Shown in pieces: positions 1 through 6,669 of a stretch of 25,756 bases of DNA (the stretch's first letter is position 1; every line of letters starts with the position of its first letter). The notes under the pieces were generated by a model. It saw only the letters and a list, made by a program, of their open reading frames with translations, did no database searches and was not told where the DNA came from. The stretch is from a virus (taxonomy: Duplodnaviria; Caudoviricetes), in the IMG/VR virus record IMGVR_UViG_3300034410_000162, positions 1 through 25,756 of that record, one strand, 5' to 3'. The translations under genes were made by a program, and so were the position numbers.

Positions 1-1770
1 GTGCTGCGCTTAGTCTTTGACGTTGAGACTGATGGTTTACTTCCTCAGCTAACAAAGCTTCACTGCATCGAACTGTTAAACGCCGACACCGGCGAGCAGT
101 GGGGCTATGGGCCCAAAGAGATCGAACGCGGTATCGCTGAGCTCGAGGCTGCTGACGAAATCATTGGTCACAACATAATCGGGTTCGACATTCCAGCGAT
201 TAAAAAGGTTTACCGTGACTTCAAAACGAAGGCCAAGGTAACTGACACGCTGGTGTTGTCGCATCTCCTGCACGGAGATTTAAAGAATGAAGACTGGGAG
301 CGTAACTGGCGTGATCAGGATGAGATGCCGAAGCGTCTCTATGGTTCCCACTCTCTAAAAGCCTGGGGCATACGCCTCGGCGACCACAAAGACGACTTCG
401 ATGGTGGTGACTGGAAAGCCTGGTCACCGGATATGCAGAAGTACTGCCGCCAAGATGTCGCCTTGAACCACCGCCTACTCGAGCACCTAGACACCGATAA
501 CTGGTCACAGGAAAGCATCGACCTAGAGCACCAAGCCGCTGAGCTGTGCTTCCGTATAGGCAACAATGGCTGGACATTCAATCGAGACAAAGCATCTGAG
601 TTATATGCTGAGCTGGCCGCTGAGCGGTCAACGATTGAAGCCGAGCTGCACGACTTGTTCGAGCCTTGGGAGATACGCACTCCGTTTATACCTAAGGCAA
701 ACAACAGCAAGTATGGATACGAAAAGGGTGTCCCTACTGAAAAGGTGACTGTCGTTGAGTTTAACTACAACAGCCGCCGCCACATCGAAAGGTGCCTCAA
801 GCACAAGTACGATTGGAAACCAAAGCTTCTCACCAGCAGCGGCCACGCTCAAATAGACGAGGTGGTCCTTGGCGGTCTTAACTATCCAGAAGCACAGAAG
901 TTGTCGCGGATGTTTCTATTGCAGAAACGTCTGGGGCAGCTCGCAGAAGGGCGTAATGCCTGGATGAAACTCGTCAACACTGATGGACGCTTACGACACC
1001 AGATTGTGCCTAGTGGCACTGTGTCGGGACGCGCCGCGCACCGGTTCCCTAACTTGGGACAGGTGCCACGGGCTACTCAGCCTTTCGGTAAAACATGCCG
1101 AGAGCTGTTCACTGTTCCCCCAGGCTTCAGCCTTGTGGGATCGGATTTGTCCGGCATCGAGCTGCGGATGCTCGCTCACTACCTCGATGATGGTGGAGCC
1201 TATGCAAAGCAGATACTTGAAGGCGACATTCATACGTTCAACCAAACGGCTGCAGGTCTCGAGACACGGGATCAAGCAAAGACGATGATATATGCGCTTT
1301 GCTACGGAGCCGGTCCAGCTCGCCTAGGTGAAATCCTTGGTGCTGGGTTTAAGGAAGGCAAACAACTGCAAGATCGCTTCTTCGCAGGGATGCCAGCCTT
1401 TGTCTCATTAAAGCGTGGGATACAAAAAGCCGCTGATCGAGGATACCTAAAAAGTCTCGATGGTCGTCGGGTTCCAATCCGGTCGGCTCACAGTGCATTG
1501 AATACCCTGCTGCAGTCTGCGGCTGGGTGCATCTCGAAGAAATGGATTTGCTTAGTTGATACTGCGTTGAGGGACGAAGGACTGGATGACAGGACTTATA
1601 CGGTAGCTTGGGTACACGACGAGATCCAGATCGCTTGTTTACAAGGAATTGAAGATCATGTCGGTACTATCGCTGGACGAATGGCGCAAGAAGCTGGAAG
1701 AGCGTTCAACTTATCAATCCCAATCGACGCAGAGTACTCCTGGGGAACAACCTGGGCTGATAGCCACTGA
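1..1770 (+). CDS. T7 gp5-like family A DNA polymerase with 3'-5' exonuclease domain
   Basis: ExoI FDVETDGL, ExoII GHNIIGFDIP, SHSLKAWG, motif A GSDLSGIELRMLAHY, motif B RDQAKTMIYALCYGAG, motif C AWVHDEIQ, C-terminal WADSH. GTG start at the first base of the window. Confidence 0.97.
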   Translation: MLRLVFDVETDGLLPQLTKLHCIELLNADTGEQWGYGPKEIERGIAELEAADEIIGHNIIGFDIPAIKKVYRDFKTKAKVTDTLVLSHLLHGDLKNEDWERNWRDQDEMPKRLYGSHSLKAWGIRLGDHKDDFDGGDWKAWSPDMQKYCRQDVALNHRLLEHLDTDNWSQESIDLEHQAAELCFRIGNNGWTFNRDKASELYAELAAERSTIEAELHDLFEPWEIRTPFIPKANNSKYGYEKGVPTEKVTVVEFNYNSRRHIERCLKHKYDWKPKLLTSSGHAQIDEVVLGGLNYPEAQKLSRMFLLQKRLGQLAEGRNAWMKLVNTDGRLRHQIVPSGTVSGRAAHRFPNLGQVPRATQPFGKTCRELFTVPPGFSLVGSDLSGIELRMLAHYLDDGGAYAKQILEGDIHTFNQTAAGLETRDQAKTMIYALCYGAGPARLGEILGAGFKEGKQLQDRFFAGMPAFVSLKRGIQKAADRGYLKSLDGRRVPIRSAHSALNTLLQSAAGCISKKWICLVDTALRDEGLDDRTYTVAWVHDEIQIACLQGIEDHVGTIAGRMAQEAGRAFNLSIPIDAEYSWGTTWADSH

Positions 1771-2068
1771 GGAAGAGCTGTTTCTACAGCTTCCAATGAT
1801 GGCCGCAGTCTACACTGTTCTGCACAACACTTGGCGTTCTCCCTACACAACCAAATCAGACTTTGCCAGGGCTCACGCCAACTACGTTGCGATGTGCTCC
1901 AGCGAAGACCTGATTACCACAAAGATTGCAGAAGACACCTGGGGCAACGAATGGCTCATCACTGAGATGGGCATGGCGTTCATGCAGGAGCTGCAGTTCA
2001 CATTAGAAAGGATGAGTAATGAGCTCGGAATCGACTTCCCGACCCCAGAAGCTGACCCTACTGATTGA
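1658..2068 (+). CDS. T7 gp5.7-like winged-helix protein (putative host RNA polymerase modulator)
   Basis: YTVLHNTWRSPYTTKSDFARAHANYVAMCSSEDLITT...GNEWLITEMGMAFM aligns by eye with T7 gp5.7 (YLKVLQAIKSCPKTFQSNYVRNNASLVAEAASRGHIS...GGAWEITASGTRFL). It lies between pol and exonuclease as in T7. Start is uncertain: ATG 1658 has AAGGA at 1643-1647; alternatives are 1796 and 1799. Confidence 0.75.
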   Translation: MSVLSLDEWRKKLEERSTYQSQSTQSTPGEQPGLIATEEELFLQLPMMAAVYTVLHNTWRSPYTTKSDFARAHANYVAMCSSEDLITTKIAEDTWGNEWLITEMGMAFMQELQFTLERMSNELGIDFPTPEADPTD

Positions 2069-2792
2069 TGCTGATTTATTCTTATACCAGGCCGCTGCGG
2101 CTGCTGAGGATGAGATCGATTGGGGTGATGATGTTTGGTCGCTAGCTACTGACCTGACTGAAGCCAAGCAAATCTTTAAAGATAAGCTGAGCCAAATCCA
2201 CGACCGCTTAAAGACAAAGGAACAGATCCTGTGCTTCAGCGACCGTGAAAACTTCCGACGAGATGTTGACCCGTCATACAAAAGCAACCGCAAGAAGACC
2301 CGTAAGCCGGTAGGCCATAAGGCTCTTATTGATTGGGCTAAGTCTACTTACAAGCATTACTGGAAGCCCAAGCTTGAGGCTGACGACTGCATGGGCATCA
2401 TGGCGACCAGCCCTGGAGCCAACACAATCATCGTGTCTGACGATAAAGACATGAAGACAATCCCAGGGCGTTTGTATCGACCGATGGCTGACGAGATGCT
2501 GACGATCTCTTTCGAGGATGCTCAGCGCAACTTCTACACGCAGGTTCTGACCGGTGACACGACAGACGGATACAAAGGCATCCCTGGTATAGGCCCAAAG
2601 AAGGCCGAAGCCATCCTTGGGTCACGCCCTGACTGGGGCATCGTCATACACGCCTATCAGAAAGCAGGCATGACGGAGACAGAGGCCAAGAGCCAAGCTC
2701 GGTTGGCACGGATCTTACGCTGGTCTGAATGGGACGCTTCCGAGGGAACCCTAAAACTATGGGAGCCGGAACATGACCGCCAAGCAAGTTAG
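2019..2792 (+). CDS. T7 gp6-like 5'-3' exonuclease (FEN/RNase H type)
   Basis: LLIDADLFLY, YKSNRKKTRKP, LEADDCMGI, IVSDDKDMKTIPG, LTGDTTDGYKGIPGIGPKKA. AAGGA upstream of the ATG. Confidence 0.95.
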   Translation: MSSESTSRPQKLTLLIDADLFLYQAAAAAEDEIDWGDDVWSLATDLTEAKQIFKDKLSQIHDRLKTKEQILCFSDRENFRRDVDPSYKSNRKKTRKPVGHKALIDWAKSTYKHYWKPKLEADDCMGIMATSPGANTIIVSDDKDMKTIPGRLYRPMADEMLTISFEDAQRNFYTQVLTGDTTDGYKGIPGIGPKKAEAILGSRPDWGIVIHAYQKAGMTETEAKSQARLARILRWSEWDASEGTLKLWEPEHDRQAS

Positions 2793-3096
2793 CCGCCGTG
2801 AAAGCTATGAGCAGAGCATGAAGCGCATGTCTAGGGACACAAAGACGAGCAGCCGATCTGATGAGATTAAAGAGCCAACCCATTACGCAAGGTGGGCTAT
2901 CGAGCCGGTCGATATGATCATGCAGAACGGCCTCGAGTTCTGGAGAGGCAACATCATCAAGTACGTCATGAGGGCTGGCTTTAAGAAGGGCAGCTACAAG
3001 ACGACGAGAGAGGCAGAGATTGCCGACCTCAACAAGGCAGCTCGCTACATCGAGATGCGTATCAACCAATTACAAGGCAAGGACATAACAGAATGA
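2773..3096 (+). CDS. DUF3310 family protein (T7 gp1.7 nucleotide-kinase-like)
   Basis: Signature PTHY...IEPVD...FWRGNIIKYVMRAGFK...DLNKAARYI. ATGA overlap with the RNR gene. Confidence 0.85.
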   Translation: MTAKQVSRRESYEQSMKRMSRDTKTSSRSDEIKEPTHYARWAIEPVDMIMQNGLEFWRGNIIKYVMRAGFKKGSYKTTREAEIADLNKAARYIEMRINQLQGKDITE

Positions 3097-5000
3097 ATAA
3101 CGCCATCCGAGAGCTGCCCACCGACTACCAGAACTTTATTGCCTACTCCCGATACGCACGGTGGATGCCAGAGGAAGGTCGCCGAGAGAACTGGGGTGAA
3201 ACAGTAGAGCGTTTCATCGAGAACATCTGCCGCCCTGTTGCCGGTGTAACTTCTAAGGATCTGTCGGAGCTGCGTGATGCAATCCTCAACCTTGAGGTGA
3301 TGCCTTCAATGCGAGCCATCATGACTGCCGGTGAAGCCTCACGCCGAGACAACACCTGCATCTACAACTGCTCATACCTGGCGGTGGATCACCCTCGTGC
3401 ATTCGACGAGGCCATGTTCATCCTGCTGTGCGGCACTGGTGTCGGCTTCTCAGTAGAGCGTGAGTACGTCAACAAGCTGCCTTGTGTGCCAGCCAGCTTG
3501 GCTGACAGTGACGACACGATCGTCGTGCAAGACAGCAAAGAAGGATGGGCTAAGGCCTACCGCAAGCTGATTAGCTCGCTGTATACTGGTGACATTCCCA
3601 AGTGGGATGTGAGCAAGGTACGCCAGGCCGGTACCAGGCTTAAGACCTTCGGAGGCCGCGCCTCAGGCCCCGAGCCACTCGACCAGCTCTTTCGCTATAC
3701 AATCGAGAAGTTCCAAGCCGCAGCCGGTCGCAACCTCAATGCCTTTGAGTGTCACTCAATCATGTGCAAAGTGGGTGAGGTGGTTGTCGTCGGTGGTGTG
3801 CGCCGGTCAGCAATGATCAGCCTCAGCAACCTGCAAGACGATAAGATGCGAACAGCCAAGAGCGGCAACTGGTGGACTGATCGTCCTGAGATGGCGTTGG
3901 CTAACAACTCTGTCGCCTACACTCAGAAGCCGGACATGGATGCCTTCCTGAAGGAATGGCAGAGCCTTGTCGAAAGCAAGAGCGGTGAGCGTGGTATCTT
4001 CTCACGAGTTGCAGCTCAAGAACATGTCGCCTCTCACGGTCGTCGTGACCCTGAACATGAGTTCGGCACTAACCCGTGCAGCGAGATCATCTTGCGCCCT
4101 AATCAGTTCTGCAACCTCACTGAGGTGGTCGTCCGAGCTACGGACACCGAGGCATCACTGAAGCGAAAGGTGCGCCTAGCGACGATGCTCGGCACGATCC
4201 AATCAACCTACACGAACATGCCATACCTGCGCCCCATCTGGTCTAAGAACACCGAGGATGAGCGTCTGTTGGGTGTGTCACTCACAGGGATTATGGATAA
4301 TGAAATCACTAGCAAGCCAACTGAAAAGCTTCTTAACAAGCTTCGTGACCTCGCTGTATCGACGAACAGCAGTTATGCTGAGCAGCTTGGAGTTAGTCCA
4401 TCTGCGGCCATCACTTGCGTCAAGCCTTCTGGCACTGTATCGCAGCTTGTGGATAGTGCTTCTGGCATTCATGCTCGTCATAGCGGTCAGTATGTACGCA
4501 CTGTACGGGGTGATAACAAAGATCCTCTCACGCAATTCATGATGGACCAAGGCGTACCTAACGAGCCTTGCTTCATGAAGCCTGACAACACGACTGTGTT
4601 CTCGTTCCCAGTCAAGAGCCCCGAGGCTGCAGTCACTCGCAATGACATGTCGGCTCTCGAGCAGCTTGAGCTGTGGAAGACGTATGCTTTGCATTGGTGT
4701 GAGCATAAGCCCAGCGTCACCATCTCGGTGCGAGACGACGAGTGGATGCATGTGGGTGCTTGGGTGTACGACAACTTCGATTTACTGTCGGGCATCTCAT
4801 TCCTACCACACTCGGATCATAGTTATAGACAGGCACCTTACCAGGATGTCGAGAAGAAGATCTGGAACCAGGTCGCTCGGCAGATGCCTAAAGAGATCGC
4901 CTGGGCTGAGCTCGCCACATATGAGCAAGGCGAGGACAACACTGCAGGATCACAGACGCTGGCTTGCTCCGGTGATAGCTGTGAGATTGTGGACATATAA
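3093..5000 (+). CDS. nrdJ: Ribonucleotide reductase, probably monomeric class II (adenosylcobalamin-dependent)
   Basis: MPSMRA, YNCSY, GTGVGFS, VGGVRRSAMISL, TNPCSEI (thiyl Cys), CNLTEV, TCVKPSGTVSQL and C-terminal redox pair CSGDSC. No beta subunit gene nearby. Confidence 0.92.
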   Translation: MNNAIRELPTDYQNFIAYSRYARWMPEEGRRENWGETVERFIENICRPVAGVTSKDLSELRDAILNLEVMPSMRAIMTAGEASRRDNTCIYNCSYLAVDHPRAFDEAMFILLCGTGVGFSVEREYVNKLPCVPASLADSDDTIVVQDSKEGWAKAYRKLISSLYTGDIPKWDVSKVRQAGTRLKTFGGRASGPEPLDQLFRYTIEKFQAAAGRNLNAFECHSIMCKVGEVVVVGGVRRSAMISLSNLQDDKMRTAKSGNWWTDRPEMALANNSVAYTQKPDMDAFLKEWQSLVESKSGERGIFSRVAAQEHVASHGRRDPEHEFGTNPCSEIILRPNQFCNLTEVVVRATDTEASLKRKVRLATMLGTIQSTYTNMPYLRPIWSKNTEDERLLGVSLTGIMDNEITSKPTEKLLNKLRDLAVSTNSSYAEQLGVSPSAAITCVKPSGTVSQLVDSASGIHARHSGQYVRTVRGDNKDPLTQFMMDQGVPNEPCFMKPDNTTVFSFPVKSPEAAVTRNDMSALEQLELWKTYALHWCEHKPSVTISVRDDEWMHVGAWVYDNFDLLSGISFLPHSDHSYRQAPYQDVEKKIWNQVARQMPKEIAWAELATYEQGEDNTAGSQTLACSGDSCEIVDI

Positions 5001-5012
5001 TAAGAAGATGGT

Positions 5013-5087
5013 GTGCAGGGGCAAGACGGTATCCACTGATGCTTCCCTAATGACAGGCCGCTGGACTGCGCTGACAAGCCCCTGCAC
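5013..5087 (+). ncRNA. Putative structured RNA element downstream of RNR
   Basis: Perfect 10-bp inverted repeat GTGCAGGGGC (5013-5022) / GCCCCTGCAC (5078-5087). Inner stem CGG(TA)TCCA/TGGACTG. Loop contains GATGCTTCCCT. Confidence 0.4.
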
Positions 5088-5165
5088 TTCTACTTATATA
5101 GGCAACATGCCCATAGTTACAACGTGAACAAAGAGAGACCGAGGTGTCTATCTTTGACATGAATA

Positions 5166-5188
5166 GACTTATGTCCACCCTAAGGAGA
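5166..5188 (+). promoter_or_regulatory. Putative phage single-subunit RNA polymerase (T7-like) promoter
   Basis: GACTTATGTCCACCCTAAGGAGA matches T7 TAATACGACTCACTATAGGGAGA at 12/23 positions, including CAC (-7..-5), TA (-2,-1) and GGAGA (+2..+6). It lies upstream of the late block. Only one copy seen, and no RNAP gene in the window. Confidence 0.4.
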
Positions 5189-5211
5189 GTTTCCCCCTGT
5201 AGTCTCATGAG

Positions 5212-5258
5212 GGACTGCCGACCAGGCATATGATATGGACTACAGACCAGGCATATGA
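5212..5258. repeat. 22-bp direct repeat, two copies, 25-bp period
   Basis: GGACTGCCGACCAGGCATATGA (5212-5233) and GGACTACAGACCAGGCATATGA (5237-5258), 2 mismatches. Confidence 0.9.
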
Positions 5259-5263
5259 GGCCT

Positions 5264-5369
5264 CTCAGGACATGCTGTCGTCTTCTTATGTGGCAGCACT
5301 CAGGACTACTCAGGTGGCTCTCAGGCAGCGTCTTAGGACTACTTAGGTGGTACTTAGGTGGTACTTATG
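5264..5369. repeat. Array of CTYAKG hexamers at about one helical turn spacing
   Basis: CTCAGG, CTTAGG or CTTATG at 5264, 5285, 5299, 5309, 5320, 5332, 5342, 5353 and 5364. Spacings are 21, 14, 10, 11, 12, 10, 11, 11. Confidence 0.88.
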
Positions 5370-5489
5370 GGGTAAGCCCCGATTTGTACTGCAAAGAATA
5401 AGCCTCGTCCCATCAATTGTCAGACCGTCGATCGTCGGTCATCTAAAATGTCAACGGATACAACATCCGTTACCCTTCACCCCTAATGA

Positions 5490-5502
5490 TATCAATAGCT
5501 TA
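5490..5502 (+). promoter_or_regulatory. IHF consensus site
   Basis: TATCAATAGCTTA is an exact match to WATCAANNNNTTR, in non-coding DNA. Confidence 0.5.
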
Positions 5503-5527
5503 GCTCTCTTAAGGTTCCATATCGGCC

Positions 5528-5554
5528 AAAAGAGGCCCCCGTGGGTCTTTTATT
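5528..5554. terminator. Intrinsic terminator-like hairpin, possibly bidirectional
   Basis: AAAAGAGGCCC-CCGT-GGGTCTTTTATT: GC-rich stem with G-U pairs, flanked by A and T tracts. Confidence 0.45.
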
Positions 5555-5585
5555 AGGTCGATTTCAAAAGGCCGCTAAAGGGTTT

Positions 5586-5603
5586 GTCGTTGTTGTTGTT
5601 GTT
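5586..5603. repeat. (GTT)5 microsatellite
   Basis: GTC followed by five GTT units, in the leader of the first structural gene. Confidence 0.85.
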
Positions 5604-5650
5604 AGACCTCTTTCGTGAGAGCCCTAGATTCTACATATGGAGCACTTATC

Positions 5651-6352
5651 ATGGCACTAGAGACTGCCACCATTATCTCAGACCTCAACAGTTCGAACCC
5701 CACGTCCACTGATGGCCTCGCCCAGGCAGACGACCACATTCGACTGATTAAGGCAGTACTGCAGAGCACGTTCCCCAACATCAATGCAGCCATGACCGCT
5801 ACTGATGAAGTACTCAACGGTCTTAACGCTCGTGTTACCGACCTAGAGGCACTCGACCCAATCCCAGCCGGTGAGACCATGCTTTTCTTTGAAGCTGATG
5901 CCCCCACAGGATGGACGAGGGTTACCACCCAACACAATAAGGCCCTGCGTGTTGTAGGCTCGTCTGCTGGTGGAGCTGATGGTGGCAGCGTGCCGTTCAG
6001 CTCGGTGTTTCAATCCAAGACCCCTTCTGGTTCCATAGCAGTCACCGTAGCCTCTCACCCGCTGACTAAGGCTCAGATCCCAGACCACACCCACACCTAT
6101 AAGTATCAGACGGGACACTCCAACAGTACGACTGCTGCCTTTAGTGCCGGTTTCGTCCTTGCTGCCAGCTCTAACCGAAGTCTTAGGCATACCGCGAGTA
6201 ACGCAAGTAGTGACAGTGTTGTCATAGGATCGCCGGATTTAACCCCCACGGCTCAGGGGCACACCCACGCTGGTTCGACGGGTACCTTCACAGGTAATGC
6301 TTTGGACTTTGATGTCGAGTATTGTGATGTCATCCTGGCGCGTAGGGACTAA
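5651..6352 (+). CDS. Short tail fibre / tail-collar-type protein
   Basis: GGAG at 5639-5642 before ATG 5651. N-terminal ADDHIRLIKAVLQSTFPN anchor, collar-like AGETMLFFEADAPTGW, and SHPLTKAQIPDHTH and GHTH motifs. Confidence 0.75.
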   Translation: MALETATIISDLNSSNPTSTDGLAQADDHIRLIKAVLQSTFPNINAAMTATDEVLNGLNARVTDLEALDPIPAGETMLFFEADAPTGWTRVTTQHNKALRVVGSSAGGADGGSVPFSSVFQSKTPSGSIAVTVASHPLTKAQIPDHTHTYKYQTGHSNSTTAAFSAGFVLAASSNRSLRHTASNASSDSVVIGSPDLTPTAQGHTHAGSTGTFTGNALDFDVEYCDVILARRD

Positions 6353-6357
6353 TAACA

Positions 6358-6663
6358 ATGAAGATTGAAGTAGAGCCCAACTGTCCCTTAGATAAGTTTA
6401 AACCCTGCCGCCAAAACAAGTGCGCTTGGTTTACTCAGGTAAGAGGCACCGACCCCAACACTGGCAACGAAGTCGATGAATGGGGATGCGCGATGTCTTG
6501 GATGCCTATGTTGATCCTAGAAGGCGCAGCGCAGTCTCGTTCTACAGGGTCTGCCATCGAAAGCTTTCGCAATGAGATGGTGAGGGCGAACCAAGACAAT
6601 CTAAAGGTACTGGCTGACCAGTTCACGCCCCATACCCTGAAAGATAAGCTAATAGAAGGTTAA
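6358..6663 (+). CDS. Four-cysteine phage protein adjacent to the tail fibre (function unknown)
   Basis: CPLDKFKPCRQNKCAWF...WGCAMSW and ESFRNEMV, a pattern I recognise from tail-fibre-adjacent phage hypotheticals. Tight operon spacing. Confidence 0.75.
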   Translation: MKIEVEPNCPLDKFKPCRQNKCAWFTQVRGTDPNTGNEVDEWGCAMSWMPMLILEGAAQSRSTGSAIESFRNEMVRANQDNLKVLADQFTPHTLKDKLIEG

Positions 6664-6669
6664 TCACTC

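Noticed and set aside
5013-5087. Minus strand contains TAGGGAA and GGATACC, reminiscent of a cobalamin riboswitch beside a B12-dependent RNR
   Set aside because: The intervening P5/P6 and GCAACTGT core are missing, it is far too short, and it lies antisense and downstream of the gene.
5154-5186. Perfect TTGACA as a sigma70 -35 box
   Set aside because: No acceptable -10 hexamer at 16-18 bp spacing.
5212-5369. Repeats as a mini-CRISPR array
   Set aside because: Periods are 25 bp and about 11 bp with no spacer-length unique sequence, and there are no cas genes.
4642-5556. ORFs 4642-5127 (+), 5047-5229 (-) and 5347-5556 (+)
   Set aside because: They are an alternate frame of RNR or span repeats and hairpins, with no RBS or recognisable motifs.
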